The notes under the pieces are model-generated. The model did not search any database. It was not told the DNA's origin and worked only from the letters and a program-made list of their open reading frames with translations. From Octopus sinensis (Eukaryota): 16,937 nt of DNA. The position numbers and the translations under genes were made by a program. Below are positions 8,217 through 16,937 of the stretch, piece by piece (position 1 is the stretch's first letter; each line of letters begins with the position of its first letter). Location of the stretch: the NCBI RefSeq assembly GCF_006345805.1, contig NW_021825023.1:1-16937 (forward strand). The letters run 5' to 3'.

Positions 8217-8504
8217 GTGAGAGGCTTATGAATGTGTGTGTGTGTGTTACTATATCCTTGCCTGGAGACTGTGTGATAGTTGTGGGTGTCACTGCCATGC
8301 AAGCAATGTTCATCGCCAATCTGACATAAAAACATGTCAGGTCACGGGGAAATATTTTAGTTTGAAACAGGTGAAGGAAGGTTGGCAACAGGAAGGGCAT
8401 CTGGACAGTGAAAATTCACCTCAATAAATATCATCTCACCAATGAGAGATTGGCAAATGTGGACATGGAGAACAATGATGACAGATGACTGGTATGGTTT
8501 GTCT

Positions 8505-8665
8505 CTCATGAAGGTTTAAGGAAGTAGTTACGCTGCTTCTATAAGCAAATGATTTGCCACATGTTTCAATGATATGGCTTCTCTCATGTATGAAAACGTT
8601 TGAGACTAGACAAAGTGCTGTTTTTGGAAAATGATTTACCACAGGTATTACAGTGATGTGACTTC
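8505..8665 (-). pseudogene. Two relic C2H2 fingers overlapping and downstream of the ZNF-A stop
   Basis: An alternative frame reads [31 protein letters not shown]-(frameshift)-ETCGKSFAYRSSVTTSLNLH; the first His ligand is lost in both fingers. Confidence 0.85.
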
Positions 8666-10099
8666 TTTTGTATGAATGCGTTTGTGTTTAGTCAGGTGAC
8701 CACTTTGAGAAAATGATTTACCACAGATATCACACTGATATGTCTTCTCTCCTGTATGAATGCGTTTGTGCTGAGTTAAGTGACCAGTTACAGAGAAGGA
8801 TTTACCACAGATATCACACTGATATGGCTTCTCTCCTGTATGAATGCGTTTGTGACCAGTCAAATTAATTTTTTGAGAAAATGATTTACCACAGATATCA
8901 CACTGATATGGCTTCTTTCCTGAATGAATGCGTTTGTGCTGAGTTAAGTGACCAGTTATAGAGAAGGATTTACCACAGATATCACACTGATATGGCTTCT
9001 CTCCTGTATGAATGCGTTTGTGACCAGTCAAATTAATTTTTTCAGAAAATGATTTACCACAGATATCACACTGATATGGCTTCTCTCCTGAATGAATGCG
9101 TTTGTGCTGAGTTAAGTAACCAGTTACAAAGAAGGATTTACCACAGATATCACACCGATAGGGCTTCTCTCCTGTATGAACACGCTTGTGCTTAGTCAAG
9201 TTACCAGTTACAGAGAAGGATTTACCACAGATATCACACCGATAGGGCTTCTCTCCTGTATGAACACGCTTGTGCTTAGTCAAGTTACCAGTTACAGAGA
9301 AGGATTTACCACAGATATCACACTGATATGGCTTCTCTCCTGAATGAATGCGTTTGTGACTAGTCAAGTGACCATTTTCAGAAAATGATTTACCACAAAT
9401 ATCACAATGATATAGTTTTTCCCCAGTATGAATACGTTTATGGACAGTCAATTCAATTTTTTGAGAAAATGATTTACCACAGATTTCACAATGATATGGC
9501 TTCTCTCCTGTATGAATGCGTTTGTGACCAATCAAATTAATTTTTTCAGAAAATGATTTACCACAGATTTCACACTGATATGACTTCTCTCCTGTATGAA
9601 TGCGTTTGTGCCTAGTCAGCACACTATTTTGAGAAAATGATTTACCACAGATATCACAATGATATGGCTTCTCTCCTGAATGAATGCGTTTATGCTGAGT
9701 TAAGTGACCAGTTACAAAGAAGGATTTACCACAGATATCACACCGATAGGGCTTCTCTCCTGTATGAACACGCCTGTGCTGAGTTAGGTTACCATTTTCA
9801 GAAAATGATTTACCACAGATTTCACAATGATATGGCTTCTCACCTGTATGAATGCGTTTGTGAATAGTTAAGTTACAAGTGACAGAAAATGATTTACCAC
9901 AGATATCACACCTATATGGCTTCTTTGCAGTATGAACATGCTTGTGCCTAGTTAAATAACGATATCCAGAGAAGGATTTACCACAGATATCACAATCATA
10001 CGATATTTTGCCCTTTTCATTCTTTTCCTCATCAGAAAAATCAATTTCTTCACACTCTCTTTTACATTCAACTTCACTCCGATATAATTCATTTTCCAT
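8648..10099 (-). CDS. C2H2 (Kruppel-type) zinc-finger protein ZNF-A, 483 aa, 16 tandem fingers, no KRAB/BTB/SCAN domain
   Basis: ATG at 10099 (MENELY...), 33-aa acidic leader, 16 CxxC-x12-HxxxH fingers with TGEKP-type linkers, open frame. The ATG is preferred over the TTG at 10129 because the upstream frame differs by 1 nt from the paralogue. Confidence 0.93.
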   Translation of the reverse strand: MENELYRSEVECKRECEEIDFSDEEKNEKGKISYDCDICGKSFSGYRYLTRHKHVHTAKKPYRCDICGKSFSVTCNLTIHKRIHTGEKPYHCEICGKSFSENGNLTQHRRVHTGEKPYRCDICGKSFFVTGHLTQHKRIHSGEKPYHCDICGKSFSQNSVLTRHKRIHTGEKSYQCEICGKSFSEKINLIGHKRIHTGEKPYHCEICGKSFSQKIELTVHKRIHTGEKLYHCDICGKSFSENGHLTSHKRIHSGEKPYQCDICGKSFSVTGNLTKHKRVHTGEKPYRCDICGKSFSVTGNLTKHKRVHTGEKPYRCDICGKSFFVTGYLTQHKRIHSGEKPYQCDICGKSFSEKINLTGHKRIHTGEKPYQCDICGKSFSITGHLTQHKRIHSGKKPYQCDICGKSFSQKINLTGHKRIHTGEKPYQCDICGKSFSVTGHLTQHKRIHTGEKTYQCDICGKSFSQSGHLTKHKRIHTKEVTSL

Positions 10100-10239
10100 A
10101 ATTTTCCTTTCTCTCGTCACAGTACACAAATGTTTTCTTCTTCTCGTATATTGCTCTTAAATATTTCTACTGATATATCTCCATCAAAAGTGATCTTGGG
10201 TAATATCTGAAGATGCTGCAAACTGCCTTCTTAATTGCT

Positions 10240-10459
10240 TTAACTAATTAACACTCAGATTACTCTGTAATGTTTTTTTTTCAAAATTCTTCTTTATTAA
10301 TCATTGATTATCTTATTGCATTAAGATTTCAACGATGTGATTCCTTATGTTTATATGACATTACAGGGTGAGTGTAAGAGGCCGGATGTGGGCAATTTTA
10401 ACATAAAATATGCAGAATATTTGGGAATGGTATGCCCAGTTCAAATGTTAAAGGATTAA
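10240..10459. mobile_element. Old TTAA-flanked MITE upstream of ZNF-A (internally deleted copy at 15650-15782)
   Basis: TTAA at 10240-10243 and 10456-10459. Degenerate TIRs: TTAACTAATTAACA vs the reverse complement of TGTTAAAGGATTAA. The ZNF-B copy lacks about 90 bp of the interior. Confidence 0.45.
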
Positions 10460-11393
10460 TTCAAATATAAATATAATTTTCTGTGTATTCCAGACAATAA
10501 AGAAGACAAATTTTGCTACATATATGTCAGAGTTCAGAAGTTATATTTTGCAGTAATTCAGTATATATTTATGGAAACAGGGTTATACGTGTTATGAGTA
10601 AGACGTTCAATACTAATGATGTAGTTTATATTAAAATCCTGTGATGCTGAGGTCATCCTATAATCTGAAACGAAAGAGAAGCAACAGTGTAAAACATACA
10701 AGATAATTAGGAATTAGAGAGATTAAAACAGTGAAAGTTTTACTACATTTTTATATAGACATGTCCATAGAGGTGCAGGGATGGTTGTGTGGTAAGAATT
10801 TTGATTCCCAATACACAAATCTAATAAGGACACCCATTTTCTTCCTTCATTTCACTCCTTTCTTGAATTCCCAAGATTCCCTGTCACCATCCAATTCCAT
10901 TAAGGTGAATTTGAATTTGAATGCCTGAGACATTGTGAATCTTTCTATAGCTGATTACACAACCATGGATACGTTGCAGTTACTCTCTTCATAGAGCCTG
11001 GTGATCCTGACCCCTGAACTACAAGGTTCCCTCTGCCCAGCATCAATATAAGAAGCATTGTTGGTTCAGCTGAGTTCTTCTGCTGCTTCTTCACAAACTG
11101 CCATGCTGCAGTCCCAAAGTTCGTCACAGAGTACCCCAGGCGAAAAAATGGTTAGAAATCACAACCGTTCATTTATATTTTATTTGGAAAAAGGGAAAGT
11201 GGACCTTGGCGGAATTTGAACTCAGAAACTAATAATAATAATGGTAAATTAATTATGTGCAATACTTAATTAACAAATGCTCCACCACCCACACAATGTG
11301 ACGTGTGTGAGTTATGTGTGGGTAGGATCCCAGGAAATGTATTTCATCATATGAAATTCCAATATAATCGTAATATACACAGTCAGGGTACTA

Positions 11394-11500
11394 CTAGCGA
11401 ACAGTGGTCCCGGAGCGCGCACTCGCGCAAGCTAGTCGTAAGTAGTCGATCCTACAATTTTTAAAACAAAGTAAATAAATTATTTTGGTTAATATATAGA
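11394..11500 (-). mobile_element. Possible mini-Helitron
   Basis: Minus strand: A|TC 5' end at 11500, GC hairpin GCGCG-AGTG-CGCGC about 30 nt before a CTAG|T 3' end at 11394. The 5' boundary is ambiguous because TAGATCCGCGCCC is repeated at 11646. Confidence 0.3.
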
Positions 11501-11844
11501 TCCGCGCCCACGTGGCAAAAATGGAAGAAAATATGTGTAACAGGTGTAAGGCATCGTATATTGAAGGAATATGACGAAAAAATAGCGCGCTGACAAAGGA
11601 GGGGGTGGGGAGGGAGCTTGGAAAATTCACACGATCAACCGTACTAGATCCGCGCCCGGGTGGCAAAAATGGAAAAAAATGTGTAAAAGGTGTATATATA
11701 TACATGTAAATATATATCACACACACACACACACACACAGACACTTACGTGCGCAAACACACATGCACACATACATACGCGCTCGCACACACCTGGCGCA
11801 CGCACACGCACACACACACACACGCACACACATATATTTCCATA

Positions 11845-12050
11845 TCTGTGACTTGTGTTTGTCCCAAGTCAACGCTTCATTTTCGGTTTCGGCTGTTTAC
11901 GTCATCGTAACTTAGCAATTCGACAAAAGGAGAAGGAAGGAATGAGTAGCAGCCCGAAGAGAGAAAAGCCCAGTCGTCGAGGAGTATGAGTAAACACGTT
12001 GATGTGGTGCTCCAGCATGGCGGTTGTCGAAGAATCGAAACTAGTAAACG
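11845..12050 (+). mobile_element. Highly diverged SINE 3' half
   Basis: TGTGTTTGTCCC...GTTTACGTCATCGTAACTTAGCAATTCGACAAAAG...GGTGCTCCAGCATGGC...GAAACTAGTAAA parallels the 3' half of the 7325-7700 family. Confidence 0.5.
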
Positions 12051-12446
12051 TCGGACGATAAAATCTATTTTGTAGGTAAATGGTGTCAAGGGAGAGAACT
12101 CTTATGTATAAACCATATATATTTGAGAGTAGTCCCCCCTAAGAGCTCAAATCTAGAAAATGGCAGTCAAGCGGTTTCACAGCATTGACCAAGGGAGCTA
12201 ACTCCTATGTCATATATTTGTGAGTAGTCTCCCTTAACACCTAATGCCATGCCAGCGTTACAGACCAGAGGGTGAGAGACGGAGATGGAGAGAGACAGAC
12301 AGACAAACAGTCGGACAGACACGTAAATCGGTGAGTGAAGGATAGACACATATTCTGTGTCATTCCATAAATAATGCGGGGTTTTTTTAAAGTTTATTTT
12401 TCAAAATTAAGATAGGCAGTGTTTTTTTTTAATCTAAAATTTTCTA

Positions 12447-12625
12447 CATATGTATATATATTTGTGCGTGTGTGTATATATATGTATTTATGTGTGTGTG
12501 TGTATATATATTTATATATATATGTGTGTGTGCGTGTATATATTATATATATGTATATATATTTGTGTGTGTGTATATATATTTATATATATATACATGT
12601 GTGTGTGTGTGTATATATTTATATA

Positions 12626-12709
<84 letters not shown>

Positions 12710-12726
12710 ATATTTATATATATATG

Positions 12727-12766
<40 letters not shown>

Positions 12767-12813
12767 TATGTATACATACACTCACACATACACACGCATA
12801 CATATATATATAT
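12447..12813. repeat. Compound (TA)n/(TG)n microsatellite
   Basis: Pure dinucleotide mosaic; source of several spurious ORFs. Confidence 0.95.
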
Positions 12814-12997
12814 TTCATTTCATTACATCTAATTTCAGCTCATGATCTGTGGCCATGCTGGGGCACCGCCATTTAAAAATTTGTCAACAACCAGCCATGG
12901 GACTTGAACCCAGATCCCTTGGAGATGTATATATATATGTATGCATATATATTTATGCATACATTCATATATACATACATATATATATATATATATA

Positions 12998-13630
12998 GTT
13001 GTTGAGGGAACCTGTGGTAGAGGTAGACCCAGGAAAACCTGGGACGAGGTGGTGAAGCACGACCTTCGAACTTTAGGTCTCACCAAGGAAATGACTAGAG
13101 ACCGAGACCTATGGAAGTATGCTGTGCGTGAGAAGACCCGGCAAGACCAGTGAGAACTGTCAAAATCAAACCAAATCAACATCAGTGGAAATTGCAGCTG
13201 TGGTTAAGCAAACCATCCAATCGTTTGTCCGTTGCCAGCCTCGCCTGGCCCCCGTGCCGTTGGCATGTAAAAGCACTATCCGCTCGTGTCCGATGCCAGC
13301 CTCGCCTGGCCCCCGTGCCGGTAGCACGTAAAAGCACCATCTGTTCGTGTCCGTTGCCAGCGTCACATGGCCCCTGTGCCGGTGGCACATAAAAACACCA
13401 TCCGTTCGTGACCGTTTGCCAGCTCTGTCTGGCACCTGTGCAGGTGACACGTAAAAAGCACCCACTACACTCACGGAGTGGTTGGTGTTAGGAAGGGCAT
13501 CCAGTCGTAGAAACACTGCCAAATCTGACTGGGCCTGATGAAGCCTTCCGGCTTCACAGACCCCAGTTAAACCGTCCAACCCATGCTAGCATGGAAAATG
13601 GACGCTAAATGATGATGATGATGATGATGA
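12998..13630 (+). mobile_element. 5'-truncated RTE-clade LINE: ORF C-terminus, 3' UTR and (TGA)7 tail
   Basis: 12998-13153 reads VVEGTCGRGRPRKTWDEVVKHDLRTLGLTKEMTRDRDLWKYAVREKTRQDQ*, the RTE GRPRKTW...DR..W C-terminus. Tail TGA x7 at 13610-13630; TA tracts on both flanks. Confidence 0.92.
13228..13470 (+). repeat. Four 61-bp tandem units in the RTE 3' UTR
   Basis: Units start at 13228, 13289, 13350 and 13411 ((T/A)CCG..GCCAGC...GTGCCGGTGGCAC..AAAAGCAC). Confidence 0.9.
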
Positions 13631-13744
13631 TATATATACAAAATTTACTTGGAAGAGAATGCGTGATATATGTTGTGTGCGTGTGTGTGTATATATATAT
13701 ATGTATGTATTATGTATGAATGTAGGGTGGTCGGGAGGTATATA

Positions 13745-14070
13745 CAGTAATGCCTCAATATACAAGTTAATTTGTTCCCAGAGATCGCTTGTAAAATGAG
13801 AACTCGCAAAACGGCGCCATAACTTCCCATAATAGCAAGGTTATAGTTCGTTCCCAGAAAAATATTTTATCAATAAAATTTATAATACTCGAAAATAAAT
13901 GACAATAAAACAACAGCAGAATGTAAAGAATATTTTATGTAAAGTAAAAAGAATGTTGAGATCATTTATAATAAGAAGTATTATTATTAGAATTGTTTTC
14001 TGAATCACTGTCACTCACATTAGATTCACGCACACCATCACTTGAAAATGTGATCACTGATTCACAAGCA
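13745..14070. mobile_element. pogo/Tigger-like DNA transposon terminal fragment
   Basis: TA (13743-13744) + CAGTAATGCCTCAATATAC TIR-like start; aligns with 6349-6685. Confidence 0.55.
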
Positions 14071-14114
14071 CTCGTAGACGAACTTGTAGATTTCTTTTTA
14101 AAACACAAGTCTCA

Positions 14115-15168
14115 ACTTCTATGAAACATCCCCCTCTATCCTCTGTACCACTAATATTCCCCCACCACCACTACCTTTTGTGTATGTCCTCATACATCTC
14201 CATCACCATCCATTTCTCTCTATACATCTATCATTCTCTCCTTTCTTTTCCTACTGGAATCGTCAGGTTTCTCCTCTATAGCAAGACATTCGTCTCTCTC
14301 CTGCTGTTATACATCAACCTCCCAACTGACAAAAAGCCATCCCCCTCGCTTCCACTCCATCTGACAACCGAGTGGATCTTTATCTTGCGAGTTACTTGGT
14401 GATCCTCAATGATGCTGGTGCCACATAAAAAGCACCCAATGCACTCAGTAAAGGGGTCGGCATTAGGAAGGGCCTCCAGCCATAGAAACCTTGCCAAAGC
14501 AGACAATGGATCCCCAGGACTTATTCTTTCTACACCTAGTACTTATTCTATCTGTCCCTTTTGCTAAACTGCTTAACTCACCAGCATCAGTTGTCAAGCG
14601 ATATTGGGGGACAAACACAAACACAGGCGCAGGAGTGGCTGTGTGGTAAGTAGCTTGCTAACCAACCACATTGTTCTGGGTTCAGTCCCACTGCGTGGCA
14701 TCTTGGGCAATTGTCTTCTGCTATAGCCTCGGGCCGACCAATGCCTTGTGAGTGGATTTCGTAGACGGAAACTGAAAGAAGCCTGTCGTATATATGTATA
14801 TATATATGTGTGTTTGTTTCTGTGTCTGTGTTTGTCCTCCTAGCATTGCTTGACAACCGATGATGGTGTGTTTACGTTCCCGTCACTTAGTGGTTCGGCA
14901 AATAAGTTGCTCGACTAAAGGCGGTGCTCCAGCATTGCCGCAGTCAAATGACTGAAACAAGTAAAAGAGAAAAGAGAGAGAGATATACACACACATACCA
15001 ATCTACACATAACGGGCTTCATTTAGTTTCCATCCACCAAATCCACTCACAGGGCTTTGGTTGGCTCGAGGTTATTATAGAAGACACTTACCCAAGGTGT
15101 CCATGCTTGGCATGGGTTGTACATTTTGACCAGGGCTGGAAGGCTGCATCTGATTCCTGTCTGATTTC
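14115..15168. repeat. Inverted copy of block X (7130-8216)
   Basis: Reverse-complement colinear with shared junctions, plus small deletions near 14900. The ORF track also shows near-identical paired ORFs (e.g. 7929-8210 minus vs 14121-14402 plus). Confidence 0.9.
14625..14969 (+). mobile_element. tRNA-derived SINE (duplicate of 7325-7700)
   Basis: AGGCGCAGGAGTGGCTGTGTGGTAAGTAGC...GGGTTCAGTCCC...GAAACAAGTAAAAGAG. Confidence 0.88.
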
Positions 15169-15310
15169 ACCAAGTAGTGTTCAGTATGTAAAAGGACCAT
15201 TTAAGGCGTATTCAAAATATTACATTATATAATTAGGGCTTAGTAAAATAAATTACTTTGCCACATACTGAACTTTCTAGAAATAGCAGCCAAAAAGTTT
15301 TTAAGCCAAC

Positions 15311-16139
15311 TTCTTACCACACAACCATCCCTGCACCTTTATGGACATGTCTATATAAATATGTAGTAAAACTTTCACTGTTTTAATCTCTCTAATTCCT
15401 AATTATCTTGTATGTTTTACACTGTTGTTTCTCTTTCATTTCAGATTACCAGATGACCTCAGCATCACAGGATTTTTATTTAAACTACATCATTAGTATT
15501 GAACGTCTTACTCATAACACGTATAACCCAGTTTCTATAAATATATACTGAATTACTGCAAAATATATCTTCTGAACTCTGACATATATCTAGCAAAATT
15601 TCTCTTCTTTATTGTCTGGAATACACAGAAAATTATATTTGTATTTGAATTAATCCTTCACCATATAAACAAAAAGAATCACATCGTTGAAATCGTAAAG
15701 CAATAAGATAATGAATGATTAATTCAGAAGAATTTAAATAAGCATTACATTTGATAGAGTAATCTGAATGTTAATGAGTTAAAGCAATTAAGAAGGCAGT
15801 TTGCAGCATCTTCAGATATTAACAAAGAACACTTTTGATGGAGATATATCAGTAGAGATATTTAAGAGCAATATACGAGAAGAAGGAAAACCTTTGTGTA
15901 CTGTGACGAGAGAAAGGAAAATTATGGAAATTGAATTATATCGGAGTGAAGTTGAATGTAAAAGAGAGTCTGAAGAAATTGATTTTTCTGATGGGGAGAA
16001 GAATGAAAAGGGCAAAATATCATATCATTGTGATATCTGTGGTAAATCCTTCTCTGGATATCGTTATTTCACTAGGCACAAGTGTGTTCATACAGCAAAG
16101 AAGCCATATCGGTGTGATATCTGTGGTAAATCCTTTTCT
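15311..16139 (+). repeat. Inverted copy of the ZNF-A 5' region (10798 to 9884)
   Basis: Upstream non-coding DNA, leader, finger 1 and the start of finger 2 are colinear; roughly 95% identical in 15311-15655 by hand count. Confidence 0.92.
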
Positions 16140-16451
16140 CAAAATATTCACCTGACTAACCACAAACGCATTCATTCAGGAGAGAAGCCATTTCAGTGTG
16201 ATATCTGTGGTAAATCTTTCTCTGGAAGTAATCATGTAACTGCTCACAAGTGTGTTCATACAGGAGAAAAGCCATATCCTTGTGATATCTGTGGTAAATC
16301 ATTTTCTCCAAAAATTAATTTGACTGACCACCAACGCATTCATTTAGGAGAGAAGCCATGTCAATGTGATATCTGTGGTAAATCATTTTCTCAAAGTAAT
16401 CACCTGACCAGGCATAGACGCATTCACCCAGTCACCCAGCAAAGCAATTAA
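15924..16451 (+). CDS. C2H2 zinc-finger protein ZNF-B, 175 aa, 5 fingers; truncated paralogue of ZNF-A (possibly a young pseudogene)
   Basis: ATG at 15924 (MEIELY...), same acidic leader, five intact CxxC/HxxxH fingers, ending in the non-ZNF tail PVTQQSN*. Confidence 0.85.
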   Translation: MEIELYRSEVECKRESEEIDFSDGEKNEKGKISYHCDICGKSFSGYRYFTRHKCVHTAKKPYRCDICGKSFSQNIHLTNHKRIHSGEKPFQCDICGKSFSGSNHVTAHKCVHTGEKPYPCDICGKSFSPKINLTDHQRIHLGEKPCQCDICGKSFSQSNHLTRHRRIHPVTQQSN

Positions 16452-16452
16452 A

Positions 16453-16937
16453 TATATATATACACAGCAAAATATCTGCGTGTGTGTCCTTTATACAAAT
16501 CCACAATTTTTCAGTTAGAGGGCTTGCACTTTCTATGGTCATTCAAAACCGCCCAAAGGTGGTCGTGCATATCTTTACATTTCCACAGTCACCCAGCTAA
16601 GCCATTAAAAAATTAATAGAAGTGACTTTTTTGTGAATTTTCTATCCAAAACCCAATCAAAATGCCCAAAACTTGATACGCCAATTGAATGCCAGCTAGC
16701 TGTATGTGATTGGTCGGAGATTTGGACAGTACTTGCGTGCATGGGCGCACGCACGCAGCTGTATATGAGTGCCCTAGCACTATGACCATGTGTTGCCAGG
16801 TCATAGGGCTTGTGTAAAATAAAGTTTATTATAAACAACACAAACACTTCATAATTTAATAACTTTCAATGTGATACCTGTTAAACAGAAGTTATTTTTA
16901 ATTAGTGAAAATCTAATAAAATCTAATCATGAGTAAG
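16453..16937 (+). mobile_element. Helitron-like repeat, copy 2 (runs off the window end)
   Basis: Aligns with 1990-2724, without the SINE and with about 50 extra bp at 16551-16598. Confidence 0.5.

Noticed and set aside
7075-8400. Paired ORFs conserved between 7075-8210 and 14121-15232
   Set aside because: The conservation reflects recent DNA duplication of SINE/RTE fragments, not coding selection.
9637-9867. Antisense or alternative-frame ORFs over the ZNF arrays (also 15812-16015 and 15931-16155)
   Set aside because: By-products of the 84-bp periodic coding sequence.
10830-11130. Coding-like composition on the minus strand (MAVCEEAAEELS*...)
   Set aside because: Interrupted by stops, with no motif I can recognise; cannot be assigned without a search.
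13228-13470. Regularly spaced repeats resembling a CRISPR array
   Set aside because: The whole 61-bp unit is repeated with no unique spacers; eukaryotic LINE UTR context; no cas genes.
13535-13560. CTGATGA followed by the hairpin AGCC-TTCC-GGCT
   Set aside because: Not followed by GAAA; it is the ordinary RTE tail stem-loop.
13745-14070. Tigger-like fragments at 6349 and 13745 as part of the ZNF segmental duplication
   Set aside because: Same orientation (the duplication is inverted) and visibly more diverged; independent or older copies are more parsimonious.
15801-15923. TTG-initiated 41-aa N-terminal extension of ZNF-B (and the TTG start at 10129 for ZNF-A)
   Set aside because: The paralogues differ by a 1-nt indel here, so the frame is not conserved; both share an in-frame ATG at ME(N/I)ELY.

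Overview
AT-rich, repeat-dense eukaryotic DNA, most likely an octopus (coleoid cephalopod) C2H2 zinc-finger gene cluster. The organism is inferred from the KRAB-less poly-ZNF genes, the tRNA-SINE/RTE repertoire and the (TA)n/(TG)n arrays. Only two real coding regions are supported. They are divergently oriented paralogues: ZNF-A (8648-10099, minus, 16 fingers) and ZNF-B (15924-16451, plus, 5 fingers), related by a recent inverted duplication with permuted block order. The rest is mobile DNA: tRNA-derived SINEs, an RTE LINE 3' end, Tc1/mariner and pogo-like remnants, Penelope-like (PLE) RT and GIY-YIG remnants, TTAA-flanked and foldback MITE-like elements, Helitron-like repeats and microsatellites. 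The most notable unannotated structure is a non-coding 623-bp insertion (4165-4787) in a TA microsatellite. It is a 1.3-mer of a 361-bp unit with a 125-bp 5' inversion, and it carries a type I minimal hammerhead ribozyme fold with a U3-A8 core variant, resembling a retrozyme or PLE terminal repeat. All alignments and folds were done by eye; family names are recognition-based and need database confirmation.
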